A stretch of DNA of 64,000 nt from Candidatus Eiseniibacteriota bacterium (GCA_963744995.1 CAVUWA010000009.1:224001-288000), one strand, 5' to 3'. Counted from the first letter of the stretch, positions 9,265 through 20,795 are shown. The notes: generated from the letters alone by a model not told the origin. Made by a program: numbers and translations.

Positions 9265-9265
9265 G

Positions 9266-11098
9266 ATGTGCGGCATCGTCGGCTACGTGGGGCATCGCCC
9301 CTGCCTTCGCATTCTCGTCGAAGGCCTGAAGCGCCTCGAGTACCGCGGCTACGATTCATCGGGCGTCGCGATCCAGCACAACGGCGACCTGCGCGTGGTG
9401 AAGGCGGCAGGCAAGATCGCCGAGCTCGAGGCACGCCTCGAAAAGGACGCGCCGGTGGGGCTCACCGGCATCGCCCACACCCGCTGGGCGACGCACGGTG
9501 AGCCCAATGACCTGAACGCGCACCCGCACGTCGACTCGCGCGGGCGCATCGCCCTCGTCCACAACGGCATCATCGAGAACTACTCGGTGCTGAAGCGCGC
9601 CCTGCAGAAGGAGGGCCACCGCTTCGAGACCGACACCGACACCGAGGTGCTCGCGCACCTGATCGAGAAGTACATGACGGCGGGCCTCGACCTGGAACAG
9701 GCCGTCGGCCGCGCGCTGTCGGACGTCGAAGGCACCTACGGCGTCGCGGTCATGTCGGCGGACGAGCCGGGCACGGTGATCGGCGCCCGCAAGGGAAGCC
9801 CGCTGGTGGTCGGCGTTTCCGACGGCGAGTACTTCCTCGCCTCGGACGTCGCACCGATCGTCGAGCACACCCGCCAGGTGGTCTATCTCGACGACGGCGA
9901 GATGGCGGTGCTCACGCCCGACGGGTTCCACACCGCGACGATCGCGCACGTGCCGGTCGACAAGACGATCCACGAGGTCGAGTGGGACCTGACCCAGATC
10001 GAGAAGGGCGGGTTCGATCACTTCATGCTGAAGGAGATCTACGAGCAGCCCGACTCGGTGCGGGATGCGATGCGCGGCCGGTTGCTGATCGACGAAGGGC
10101 TGGCGCGGCTCGGCGGTCTCAACATGCAGAAGGACGAGCTGCGCGACGTGCAGCGGCTGATTCTCCTGGCCTGCGGCACGTCGTGGCATGCCGGGATGAT
10201 CGGCGAATACATGATCGAGGAGCACGCCCGGATCCCGGTCGAGGTCGAGTACGCTTCGGAGTTCCGCTACCGCAACCCGATCATCGACGAAGGCACGATG
10301 GTGCTGGTGATCTCGCAGTCGGGCGAAACGGCGGACACGCTGGCGGCGATGCGCGAGGCGCAGCGCAAGGGCGCACGCGCGCTGGGCATCGTCAACGTGG
10401 TCGGCTCGACGATCGCGCGCGAGTCGGACGGCGGCGTGTACATCCACGCCGGGCCGGAGATCGGCGTGGCCTCGACGAAGGCGTTCACCAGCCAGGTGAC
10501 GGTGCTCTCGCTGCTGACGCTGATGCTCGGACGGCAGCGCGAAATGTCGCGGGAGGCGGGCATTCAGCTGGCCGCCGAGCTCAAGGCGATCCCGGGCAAG
10601 ATCCAGCGCATCCTCGACGACGGCTCGGAGGTGCGCCGCATCGCCGAGCAGTACCAGCACCACAACAACTTCATCTACCTGGGTCGTGGCGTAAACTTCC
10701 CGGTCGCGCTCGAAGGCGCGCTGAAGCTGAAGGAAATCTCGTACATTCACGCCGAGGGCTACCCGGCGGCCGAGATGAAGCACGGGCCGATCGCGCTGAT
10801 CGACGACCAGATGCCGGTGGTGTTCATCTGCACGCGCGACAGCGCCTACGAGAAGGTGATGAGCAACATGATGGAGGTCCGCGCGCGGCGCGGCCGCATC
10901 ATCGCGGTGGCGACCGAGGGCGACACCGAGGTGGCCACGCGGGCCGACCACGTGCTCTACGTGCCGGCGACGCTGCCCATGCTGCAGCCGCTGCTGTCGG
11001 TGATTCCACTCCAGCTGCTGGCCTACCACGTCGCCGTGCTGCGCGGCTGCGACGTGGACCAGCCGCGCAACCTGGCGAAAAGCGTGACGGTCGAATGA
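9266..11098 (+). CDS. glmS: Glutamine--fructose-6-phosphate aminotransferase
   Basis: MCGIVGY N-terminus, RWATHG, SQSGETADT, C-terminal PRNLAKSVTVE. Confidence 0.99.
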   Translation: MCGIVGYVGHRPCLRILVEGLKRLEYRGYDSSGVAIQHNGDLRVVKAAGKIAELEARLEKDAPVGLTGIAHTRWATHGEPNDLNAHPHVDSRGRIALVHNGIIENYSVLKRALQKEGHRFETDTDTEVLAHLIEKYMTAGLDLEQAVGRALSDVEGTYGVAVMSADEPGTVIGARKGSPLVVGVSDGEYFLASDVAPIVEHTRQVVYLDDGEMAVLTPDGFHTATIAHVPVDKTIHEVEWDLTQIEKGGFDHFMLKEIYEQPDSVRDAMRGRLLIDEGLARLGGLNMQKDELRDVQRLILLACGTSWHAGMIGEYMIEEHARIPVEVEYASEFRYRNPIIDEGTMVLVISQSGETADTLAAMREAQRKGARALGIVNVVGSTIARESDGGVYIHAGPEIGVASTKAFTSQVTVLSLLTLMLGRQREMSREAGIQLAAELKAIPGKIQRILDDGSEVRRIAEQYQHHNNFIYLGRGVNFPVALEGALKLKEISYIHAEGYPAAEMKHGPIALIDDQMPVVFICTRDSAYEKVMSNMMEVRARRGRIIAVATEGDTEVATRADHVLYVPATLPMLQPLLSVIPLQLLAYHVAVLRGCDVDQPRNLAKSVTVE

Positions 11099-11111
11099 CG
11101 GGAGGTGGCCG

Positions 11112-11513
11112 GTGAAGAGCCCATTGAACGTAGCAGACGCCCCGGCCGCGATCGGCCCCTACAGTCAGGCGCAGGTGGTGCGCCTGCACGGCGGGCAGCG
11201 CATGGTCCTGAGTTCCGGGCAGATCGCGCTCGACCCGGCGACCGGCGAGCTGGTCGCGGGCGACGTCGGCGCCCAGACGCAGCGCGTGTTCGAAAACCTG
11301 GCGGCGGTGCTGGCGGGCGCGGGTCTCACGCTCGCGGACGTGGTGAAGACCACCGTCTACCTTGCGGACATGGCCGATTTCCAGGCGATGAACCAGATCT
11401 ACGCGAAGCACTTCCCGGTGTCGCTCCCGGCCCGCACGACGGTCGCGGTGGCGGGGCTGCCGAAGAATGCGCGCGTCGAGATCGACGTGGTCGCGGTGGG
11501 CGGCGATCTCTGA
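11112..11513 (+). CDS. ridA: RidA/YjgF/UK114 enamine-imine deaminase
   Basis: APAAIGPYSQA, SGQIALDP, VVKTTVYL.DM.DF..MN, PARTTV.VAGLPK..RVEID. Confidence 0.93.
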   Translation: MKSPLNVADAPAAIGPYSQAQVVRLHGGQRMVLSSGQIALDPATGELVAGDVGAQTQRVFENLAAVLAGAGLTLADVVKTTVYLADMADFQAMNQIYAKHFPVSLPARTTVAVAGLPKNARVEIDVVAVGGDL

Positions 11514-11562
11514 GTCCCCGGCCGGCACCAGCATCCGCGCACCACGCGGGCGGAGGACGGCC

Positions 11563-12621
11563 TTGAGCCGCGGCCGCCGGCTCGACGTGCGCCTGACCGC
11601 GTCGGTCGCCAACGCCGGCTGCGCGGCCAAGCTCGGCCCCGCCGACCTGCGCACGGCGCTCGCGAGGTTGCCGGCGCCGCGCCGCGACCCGCGGGTGCTC
11701 ATCGACCAGACGACGCTCGACGACGCGGGCGTGTTCGCCTGGGGGCGCAGCGAGGCGCTGGTGCAGACGGTCGACTTCTTCACGCCGATCCTCGACGACC
11801 CCTACGACTTCGGGCAGGTGGCGGCGGCGAACGCCCTCTCGGACGTGTATGCGATGGGCGGCCGCCCCCTGACGGCGCTCGCGCTGGTGTGCTTCCCGGA
11901 CGGCGATCTCGCGCCCGAGGTGCTGGGCGAGATCCTGCGTGGCGGTCAGGACAAGATCGTCGAGGCGGGCGCGAGCATCGTCGGCGGGCACACGGTGCGT
12001 GATCGCGAGCTCAAGTTCGGCTACGCCGTGACCGGGGTGGTGCCGCGCCGCCGGATCCTGAGCAACGCCGGCGTGCGCTCCGGCGACCGCCTGGTGCTCA
12101 CCAAACCGCTCGGCGCCGGAATCCTGGCGACGGCCCTCAAGCAGGGATTGCTCGATTCGCGCGAGGTGCTGCGGCTCACGCGCACCCTCGTCACGCTGAA
12201 TCGCCGCGCCTCGGAGGCCGCGGTCGCGGCCGGAGCGCGCGCGGCGACCGACGTCACCGGCTTCAGCCTGGTCGGGCACGCGCGGCAGATGGCCGAAGCG
12301 AGCGGCGTCACCTTCCGCCTGCGCCCGGCGCCGCGCTGGTTCATGCCGCGCGCGCTCGAGCTGGCGGCGGCGGGGGTGGTGCCGGGCGGGATTCGCCGCA
12401 ATCGCGCCTACTATGGGGAGGGGCTCGACGTGACCCATCTGCCCGAGGCGCTCGCGCTCGCGCTGTTCGACCCGCAGACTTCGGGCGGGTTGCTGATCGC
12501 GGTGTCGCCCAGGCGCTTCGAACCGTTGCGTGCGGCGCTCAAGCGGCGGCGCGTCTGGGCGGCGGAGGTCGGCGAGGCGGTTCCCCGCGGACCGCGCCCG
12601 CTCGAGTTCGAACAACCGTGA
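11563..12621 (+). CDS. selD: Selenide, water dikinase (Cys form)
   Basis: AGCAAK (TGC, not TGA), DDAGV, VQTVDFFTPI.DDPY.FG..AAANALSD.YAMGG, DVTGF, DPQTSGGLL; TTG start behind GGAGG. Confidence 0.95.
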   Translation: MSRGRRLDVRLTASVANAGCAAKLGPADLRTALARLPAPRRDPRVLIDQTTLDDAGVFAWGRSEALVQTVDFFTPILDDPYDFGQVAAANALSDVYAMGGRPLTALALVCFPDGDLAPEVLGEILRGGQDKIVEAGASIVGGHTVRDRELKFGYAVTGVVPRRRILSNAGVRSGDRLVLTKPLGAGILATALKQGLLDSREVLRLTRTLVTLNRRASEAAVAAGARAATDVTGFSLVGHARQMAEASGVTFRLRPAPRWFMPRALELAAAGVVPGGIRRNRAYYGEGLDVTHLPEALALALFDPQTSGGLLIAVSPRRFEPLRAALKRRRVWAAEVGEAVPRGPRPLEFEQP

Positions 12622-12657
12622 CCGCGGAATCCGGGAGGAGAGCGATCGGGACGGCGC

Positions 12658-12755
12658 GGGAACGCATGGGTTCTGGTGGACCCCAGGGACTTCAAATCCT
12701 GTTGTCGGGCGCGGATCGCGTCCGAGGTGGGTTCGATTCCCACACGTTCCCGCCA
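12658..12755 (+). tRNA. selC: tRNA-Sec(TCA)
   Basis: Anticodon loop CTTCAAA, 6-bp D stem with TGGT loop, long variable arm TCGGGCGCG-GAT-CGCGTCCGA, GTGGG-TTCGATT-CCCAC T arm, G discriminator plus CCA; adjacent to selD. Confidence 0.93.
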
Positions 12756-12773
12756 ATCCTCGCCGTGCTGTGC

Positions 12774-13448
12774 ATGACGGTCGCGCTCGCAGCGTGGCCC
12801 GCGCCCGCCGCGGCGGCACAGCCAGGCGCCGTCATGGGCGCGCCGGACAGCGCCGCCGTGCCGCCGGACAGCGTGGTCGCTCCGGCGGCCGCGGCGCGCA
12901 CGCCGGGCGGGTCCGACGGCGCGGCGGGCCCGGCCGCCTCGGACAGCGCCCCGACCGTACGGCCGGACAGCACGGCGCGTTCCGCCCTCGCGCCGCCGGC
13001 GCGTCCGCGTCGCACGCTCGCCGCGGAGCAGCCGTTCTCCTCGCCGCGCTGGGTGATGTTGCGCTCGGCGGTGATCCCCGGCTGGGGCCAGGCCTACAAC
13101 CGGGCCTGGTGGAAGGCGGGAGGCATCGCGACCGTGGAGATCTGGCTCGCATCCCGCATCTACGACGACAATCGGGCGCTCGATGACCTCGACGCCCGGG
13201 CGCGGGCCGCCGAGCAGGCCGGCGACGACGCCCTGCAGAACGCGCTTGCGCTGCAGTACAACGACCGACTGGATAGTATGGTCGCGCGACAATGGCTGCT
13301 CGGCGGCGTCATCGTCTACGCGCTGCTCGACGCCTACGTCGACGCCCATTTCCGTGGTTTCGACATCGAATTCAAGACCGACCCCGCGTTACCCGGCGGC
13401 AAGCCTGCGTCTGCCGGCGCGCGCGCGGGATTGAGGTGGACCTTTTGA
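12774..13448 (+). CDS. DUF5683-family exported/membrane protein; start uncertain, frame open upstream to 12618
   Basis: Signal-like [13 protein letters not shown], Pro/Ala linker, [37 protein letters not shown]. Confidence 0.75.
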   Translation: MTVALAAWPAPAAAAQPGAVMGAPDSAAVPPDSVVAPAAAARTPGGSDGAAGPAASDSAPTVRPDSTARSALAPPARPRRTLAAEQPFSSPRWVMLRSAVIPGWGQAYNRAWWKAGGIATVEIWLASRIYDDNRALDDLDARARAAEQAGDDALQNALALQYNDRLDSMVARQWLLGGVIVYALLDAYVDAHFRGFDIEFKTDPALPGGKPASAGARAGLRWTF

Positions 13449-13459
13449 CCGACCGGCGC

Positions 13460-15253
<1,794 letters not shown>

Positions 15254-15268
15254 ACTCCGGGGAGAACC

Positions 15269-15883
15269 ATGTCCAGCCAGAGTCGTTCGACGTTGAGGGA
15301 GTACGTGGAAGCCGCGCTGTGGGCGCTCGTTCTCACGCTGTTTCTGCGCGCCTTCGTGATCCAGGCCTTCCGCATTCCCTCGGAGTCGATGCGGGACACG
15401 CTGCTGGTGGGCGACTTCCTGTTCGTCAACAAGTTCGAGTACGGCCCGAAGATCCCGTTCACGAACCTGCGCCTGCCCGGCATCCGCCAGCCGCGGGCGG
15501 GCGACGTGATCGTGTTCCAGTTCCCGCAGGACCCGAGCAAGGACTTCATCAAGCGCTGCGTCGCCACCGGTGGGCAGACCGTCGAGATCAAGGACAAGCA
15601 GCTCTACGTCGACGGCGAGCCCAGGGTCGAGCCCTACGTGATCCACACCGACCCCAACGTGCGTCCTGCCGGCTACGATTTCCGCGACAACTTCGGCCCG
15701 TTCACGGTCGATCCCGGCGACCTGTTCATGATGGGCGACAACCGCGACAATTCGAACGACAGCCGCTACTGGGGCGAGCTGGACATGCATCTGGTCAAGG
15801 GGCGCGCCATGTTCCTGTACTGGTCCTGGAACGCCGACAAGAACTGGCCCCGATGGAACCGCATCTTCCACCTGATCCGCTGA
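15269..15883 (+). CDS. lepB: Signal peptidase I
   Basis: IPSESM..TLLVGD, FIKRCV, MMGDNRDNSNDSRYWG. Confidence 0.97.
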   Translation: MSSQSRSTLREYVEAALWALVLTLFLRAFVIQAFRIPSESMRDTLLVGDFLFVNKFEYGPKIPFTNLRLPGIRQPRAGDVIVFQFPQDPSKDFIKRCVATGGQTVEIKDKQLYVDGEPRVEPYVIHTDPNVRPAGYDFRDNFGPFTVDPGDLFMMGDNRDNSNDSRYWGELDMHLVKGRAMFLYWSWNADKNWPRWNRIFHLIR

Positions 15884-17112
15884 CACGCGTCGATCCGCCG
15901 CGCGCGGCCCCGGCCGAGGGGCCGTCCGCCGCGGCCCGCGCCGCCGCGGTCGCCGGGCTCTACGTCCACGTCCCGTTCTGTGCGACGCGCTGCACCTATT
16001 GCGACTTCGCCACGGGGACGCTCACCCGCGCCGCGCTCGAACGCTATCTGGACGCGATCGAAGCGGACATCCGCGTGCGTGCGCCGCAGGCGGCGGGGCT
16101 GACCTTCACCTCGGTATTCTTCGGCGGCGGCACGCCGTCGGTGCTCGCGTCGCGCCACTTCCGCCGCGTCATGGATGCGGTCCGCGGCGCGTTCCGCATC
16201 GCGCACGACGCCGAGATCACGCTCGAAGCCAATCCCGAGTCGGTGAAGGATCCGCTGCTCGAGACCTGGCGCGCGGCGGGCGTCAACCGCCTGTCGATGG
16301 GGGTCCAGACCTTCGATGCGGACGAGCTGCGTTCGCTCGGGCGGATCCACGACGCGGCGCGCCCGGCCGAAGCGTTCGCCCGTGCGCGCGCCCACGGTTT
16401 CGAGCGTCTGTCGCTGGATCTCATGTTCGGTTTCCCCGGCGCGGACGAGCGCACGTGGGCGCGCACGCTCGAGCGCGCCCTCGAGCTCGAGCCGGAGCAC
16501 GTGTCCGCCTACTGCTTCATCCCCGAGCGCGGCACGCCGCTCGGCAACGCGGTCCTGGACGGTCGCGTGTCGCTGCCGTCTCCCGAGGCGCAGGCCGATC
16601 TCTACGAACGCCTGCACGCGACGCTCGCCGGCGCCGGCTGCGCCGCATACGAAACGTCCAACTTCGCGCGGCCGGGCGCCGAGGCGCGCCACAATCTGGT
16701 CTACTGGCTGCGCCGGCCCTATGCGGGGCTCGGGCCTTCGGCGCACGGCCTCGTCGGCGGGCGGCGCTACGGCAACCGGCGCGACCTGCAGCCGTGGGCG
16801 GGCGCGCTCGCCTCCGGGCGCGCGGCGGAGGACGAGAGCGAAGCGCACGACCCGGGCAGCGCGGCCCTCGAGGTGCTGATGCTGGGCCTGAGACTCTGCT
16901 CGGGCCTGTGGCGCGCGGACTATTCCGAGGCGCTCTTTCGCGAGGTACTCGCGCGGTACGGCGCGGCGCTCGAGCTCGCGGCGCGCACCGGGCGGCTCGA
17001 GGCGGACGCCCGCGGGTTTCGCATTCCGCGTGCGCTGCGCTTCGTCGCCGACGACGTGATCGCCTGGATCGCGGCGCGCGCGGAGGCGCCGGCGCCGCCG
17101 GCGCGGATTTGA
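15853..17112 (+). CDS. hemW: Radical SAM heme chaperone HemW (HemN-like); start uncertain
   Basis: LYVHVPFCATRCTYCDF (CxxxCxxC), FFGGGTPS, EITLEANP, YETSNFARPG, HNLVYW; lepA-hemW-hrcA context. Confidence 0.9.
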   Translation: MEPHLPPDPLTRVDPPRAAPAEGPSAAARAAAVAGLYVHVPFCATRCTYCDFATGTLTRAALERYLDAIEADIRVRAPQAAGLTFTSVFFGGGTPSVLASRHFRRVMDAVRGAFRIAHDAEITLEANPESVKDPLLETWRAAGVNRLSMGVQTFDADELRSLGRIHDAARPAEAFARARAHGFERLSLDLMFGFPGADERTWARTLERALELEPEHVSAYCFIPERGTPLGNAVLDGRVSLPSPEAQADLYERLHATLAGAGCAAYETSNFARPGAEARHNLVYWLRRPYAGLGPSAHGLVGGRRYGNRRDLQPWAGALASGRAAEDESEAHDPGSAALEVLMLGLRLCSGLWRADYSEALFREVLARYGAALELAARTGRLEADARGFRIPRALRFVADDVIAWIAARAEAPAPPARI

Positions 17113-17136
17113 CACTGGGAGGTCCGCCCCCATAAT
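17109..17136 (+). promoter_or_regulatory. Putative sigma70 promoter of hrcA (near-leaderless)
   Basis: TTGACA-N16-CATAAT; ATG starts at 17146 with no Shine-Dalgarno in between. Confidence 0.6.
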
Positions 17137-17145
17137 TCCTGCGCC

Positions 17146-18192
17146 ATGTCCCGACCCTCGTTTCCAGGCCATCTGAACCGGGAAGACCCGGATCTCTCCG
17201 ACCGCCAGCGCAACGTGCTGGCCGCGCTCATCGATCTGCACGGACGCTCCGCGCGCCCGGTGGGCTCGGACGCGCTGTCGCGCGAAGGCGGCTTCGGGCT
17301 GTCTGCGGCCAGCATCCGCAGCGCGCTCGGCGACCTCGAGCATCTGGGGCTGGTGGAGCAGCCGCATCCGGTCGCCGGGCGGGTGCCGACGGGGCGCGGC
17401 TACGAACTCTACGTGCGCACGATGGTGACCCCGGCGCCGCTGCCGGACGGCTTCAGCCGCGAGGTCGACCGCGTGCTGCGCGACTGCGAGAGCGACGTCG
17501 AGCGCCTGCTGGGCGAAGCGGCACGCCTGCTGTCCTCGCTCACCCGTCAGCTCGGTCTGGCGCTGGCCTCGTCGCTCGAACACGAGCGCATCGCGCGGCT
17601 CGATCTCGAGCCGCTCGACGAACGCCGCGCGGTGATGGTGCTGAACCTGGGCACCGGCGCCGTGCGCACGCTGCTGCTCGAACTGGACAGCCCGCTGGAC
17701 GCCGCCGAACTGCGCGAGGTGGCCGGGGTGCTGCGCGAGCGGCTGCTCGATCTCACGCTGCACGACATGCGCGAGCGGCTCGCCTCCGATCCGGATCTCG
17801 CCCGCGACAGCGCGGTGCGGCTGGTGGTGCTCGCCGCCGGGCGCAGTGCATCGTGGCCGTCGGCGACGCCGCTCTACAGCGCCGGCGCGATCCACATCTC
17901 GAAGCAGCCCGAGTTCGCCTCGGCGGCGCGGATCGGTTCGATCCTCGACGCGGTCGAACGCGGGGCCCCGCTCGGGGCGCTGATGGTCTCGGCGGTGGAG
18001 GGACACGTCGCCGTGCGGGTCGGCCTCGACGAGCCGCGCGCGCTCACCGGCTGCAGCCTGGTCAGCTACGCGCTGCCGGGCGAGGTCTGCGGCGCCGTCG
18101 GCGTGCTCGGCCCGCGGCGCATGGACTACGCGGTCACGCTGGCCGTGGTCGATGCGGTGGGCCACCGGGTCGCCGAGTATCTGACGTCATGA
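17146..18192 (+). CDS. hrcA: Heat-inducible transcription repressor HrcA
   Basis: LSDRQRNVL, PVGSDAL, LSAASIRS.LGDLE.LG.VEQPH..AGRVPT.RGY, GVLGPRRMDY. Confidence 0.95.
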   Translation: MSRPSFPGHLNREDPDLSDRQRNVLAALIDLHGRSARPVGSDALSREGGFGLSAASIRSALGDLEHLGLVEQPHPVAGRVPTGRGYELYVRTMVTPAPLPDGFSREVDRVLRDCESDVERLLGEAARLLSSLTRQLGLALASSLEHERIARLDLEPLDERRAVMVLNLGTGAVRTLLLELDSPLDAAELREVAGVLRERLLDLTLHDMRERLASDPDLARDSAVRLVVLAAGRSASWPSATPLYSAGAIHISKQPEFASAARIGSILDAVERGAPLGALMVSAVEGHVAVRVGLDEPRALTGCSLVSYALPGEVCGAVGVLGPRRMDYAVTLAVVDAVGHRVAEYLTS

Positions 18193-18836
18193 AGCGCGGA
18201 CCGCACCGCGGGGACGCGGCGCGCGACCCGAACCCCGATCCGAACGACCCCGCCCGCGCTGCGGGCGACCCCGACCCTGGAGAAGACGTGAAGGATTCGA
18301 ACAACGTTCCCGAAGAGATCGAGATCGTCGAAGCGGCTCCGGCCGGCGAGGAAGTGACGCGCGCCGGTCAAGACGCCGCGGCGTTTCAGGATCGCTGGCT
18401 GCGCGCCGAGGCCGACCTGCAGAACCTGCGCCGCCGGGCGGCGAAGGAGCGCGAGGAGGCACGCCGTTTCGCCGAGGAGGCGGTGATGCTCGATCTCATC
18501 GGCCTGCTCGACGACCTCGAGCGCGCTCTGGAAGCGGCCCGCAAGGGGGGCGCCCAGGCCGCGTGGCTGGAGGGCGTGGAACTCGTCGCCGCGCGGATGC
18601 GCGATACCCTCGCGCGGCGTGGTGTCGAGGTGATCGAGCCGCTCGGTCAGCCGTTCGATCCGGCCTACCACGAGGCGCTGCTCGAGGTGCCGGCGACGAA
18701 GGAGATCGCGCCCGGCCGGGTGGCGCAGGTGATCCTCAAGGGCTATCGCCGCGACGCGCGGGCGCTGCGCGCGGCGCGCGTCGTGGTGGCGCGCGCCCCC
18801 GGCGCCGGCGAGGCGCCCGGGAGAGACGAGGGTTGA
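18189..18836 (+). CDS. grpE: Nucleotide exchange factor GrpE (alternative GTG start at 18288)
   Basis: WLRAEADLQNLRRR, LDDLERAL, FDPAYHEAL, KGY...RALRAARVVV. Confidence 0.95.
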   Translation: MKRGPHRGDAARDPNPDPNDPARAAGDPDPGEDVKDSNNVPEEIEIVEAAPAGEEVTRAGQDAAAFQDRWLRAEADLQNLRRRAAKEREEARRFAEEAVMLDLIGLLDDLERALEAARKGGAQAAWLEGVELVAARMRDTLARRGVEVIEPLGQPFDPAYHEALLEVPATKEIAPGRVAQVILKGYRRDARALRAARVVVARAPGAGEAPGRDEG

Positions 18837-19981
18837 TGGGAGAGCGCGACTTCTACGAAGTGCTCGGCGTGGCGCGCGGTGCAGCGGAGCCCGAGATCAA
18901 GAAGGCCTATCGCCGGATCGCGTTCGAGAACCACCCGGATCGCAACCCGGGCGACAAGGCCGCCGAAGAGCGCTTCAAAGAAGCCACCGAGGCCTACGAA
19001 ATCCTCAAGGATCCGGACCAGCGCGCCCGCTACGACCAGTTCGGCCACGCCGCGTTCGGCGGTGGGGCGGCGGGCGGTGCGCGCGGCTACGATTTCAGCG
19101 GCTTCGATCTCGCCGACGCGCTGCGCGCGTTCATGCGTGACTTCGGCGGCGACATGGGCGGCTTCGAGGATCTGTTCGGCGCCGCGCGGCGCGGCGGGCC
19201 GCGCCGTGGCGACGACCTGCGCGTGCGGCTCAGGCTGTCGCTCGAGGAGATCCTCACCGGCGTCGAGAAGAAGATCCGCGTCAAGCATCTGCGCCCCTGC
19301 GAGACGTGCAAGGGCAAGGGCGGATCCGGCGAGACCATCTGCCCGACGTGTCAGGGCAACGGCCAGGTCCGCCGCGTCCAGCACACGATCTTCGGCCAGT
19401 TCGTCAACGTCACGACGTGCCCGGCCTGCCAGGGCGAGGGCCGGACGCTGCGCGAGCCCTGTACGGACTGCCAGGGTGACGGCCGCGAGAGCCGCACGGA
19501 GACGATCTCGGTCCAGGTGCCGGCCGGGGTCGCGGGCGGCAACTACATTCCGCTGCGCGGCATGGGCGATGCAGGCATCCGCGGCGGCCCCGCGGGCGAT
19601 CTGATCGTGCAGATCGAGGAGAAACGACACGACGTGTTCGAGCGCGACGGCAACGACCTCCACGTGGACGTGCCGGTGAGTTTCGCTACGCTCGCGCTCG
19701 GCGCCGCGATCGAAGTGCCGGTGCTGGACGGCGGGGCGGCGCCGCTGAACGTTCCGGCCGGCACGCAGAGCGGACACGTGATGCGCCTGCGCGGCAAGGG
19801 ACTCCCCGCGCTGCGCGGCGGCAAGGGCGATCTCTATGCGCGACTCCACGTGTGGGTGCCGGGCAAGCTGTCGGGCGAGGACCGGAAGCGGCTCGCAGCG
19901 ATCGAAAAGGGCGGCGGCCTCAAGCCGCCCAGACCCTCGCGTTCGCTGTTCGAGCGCGTGAAGGACGCCTTTGCGGGGTGA
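18836..19981 (+). CDS. dnaJ: Chaperone DnaJ
   Basis: J-domain HPD, G/F-rich region, four CxxCxGxG repeats. Confidence 0.98.
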   Translation: MGERDFYEVLGVARGAAEPEIKKAYRRIAFENHPDRNPGDKAAEERFKEATEAYEILKDPDQRARYDQFGHAAFGGGAAGGARGYDFSGFDLADALRAFMRDFGGDMGGFEDLFGAARRGGPRRGDDLRVRLRLSLEEILTGVEKKIRVKHLRPCETCKGKGGSGETICPTCQGNGQVRRVQHTIFGQFVNVTTCPACQGEGRTLREPCTDCQGDGRESRTETISVQVPAGVAGGNYIPLRGMGDAGIRGGPAGDLIVQIEEKRHDVFERDGNDLHVDVPVSFATLALGAAIEVPVLDGGAAPLNVPAGTQSGHVMRLRGKGLPALRGGKGDLYARLHVWVPGKLSGEDRKRLAAIEKGGGLKPPRPSRSLFERVKDAFAG

Positions 19982-20711
19982 TGCGGCTCCGGCCTGCGTC
20001 TACGTGCCGGACCTGCCGGAGCCGGGCGGGAGCGGGTGGCTGGCAGGCGACGAGCGCCACCACGTCGTGACCGTCTGCCGCGCCGCGGCGGGAGACACGG
20101 CGACCGCGACCGACGGCGCGGGCCGCCGCGCCACGATTCGGCTGACGTCGCTCGGGACGCGCGTCGCGTTCCAGGTCGAGGCGGTGGAAGTCGTGCCGCG
20201 CGCCCGGACCCTGCGCATCGCCTGCGGCGCACCCGAGGGCACGCGCGCCGACTGGCTGATCGAAAAGCTCGCCGAGCTCGGGACCGCGAGCCTCCAGCCG
20301 CTCGACTGCGCGCGCGGCCGCTGGCGCTGGTCGCCGTCGCGCGCGGCGCGCTCGGAGCGGCTCACGATCGCGGCGCTCAAGCAGTCGTGCGCCGCGCATC
20401 GCATGCGGGTCGAGCCGCCTGCAGGCCTGACGGCGTGGCTCGAGTCGCTCGAGCCGGGCGGTACGCGCTGGTTGGCCGATCCGCAGGGAGGCCCGCCGCC
20501 TGCCGGGGCCGCGGATGGGACGCTGCTCGCCGCGAGCGGCCCGGCGTCCGGTTTCACCCCCGGGGAGCTGGCCGCCCTCGAGGCGTCCGGCTTCATCGCC
20601 GTGCGCCTCGCGGCAGACGTCCTCAGGGCGGAAACGGCGGGGCTGGCGCTGGCCGCGCTGTGGGCGGCAACCGGCGTCCAGGCGGCCCGGGCGGACCGGC
20701 GGCCGACCTGA
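19971..20711 (+). CDS. rsmE: 16S rRNA m3U1498 methyltransferase RsmE
   Basis: HHVVTVCR, DWLIEKLAELG, AALKQS, SGPASGFTPGE, VLRAETAG; follows dnaJ. Confidence 0.85.
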   Translation: MRGDAAPACVYVPDLPEPGGSGWLAGDERHHVVTVCRAAAGDTATATDGAGRRATIRLTSLGTRVAFQVEAVEVVPRARTLRIACGAPEGTRADWLIEKLAELGTASLQPLDCARGRWRWSPSRAARSERLTIAALKQSCAAHRMRVEPPAGLTAWLESLEPGGTRWLADPQGGPPPAGAADGTLLAASGPASGFTPGELAALEASGFIAVRLAADVLRAETAGLALAALWAATGVQAARADRRPT

Positions 20712-20795
20712 CCCGCCGCGCAGCCGGGGCCTTCATCTACAAGTCTTTGCGGTGCATTGGAATAGCGGCGTGGCTGCGGCGCGGCCGCCGGGGGG

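Noticed and set aside
11611..11631. SelD as a selenoprotein
   Set aside because: The active-site codon is TGC (Cys), not TGA
17109..17135. TTGACACTG as a CIRCE left arm
   Set aside because: No matching right arm (GAGTGCTAA) 9 nt downstream
20716..20784. AT-richer segment (CAAGTCTTTGCGGTGCATTGGAATA) inside an imperfect inverted repeat before the rpsU promoter
   Set aside because: Single degenerate copy that cannot be assigned to dif, a REP element or an operator from this window
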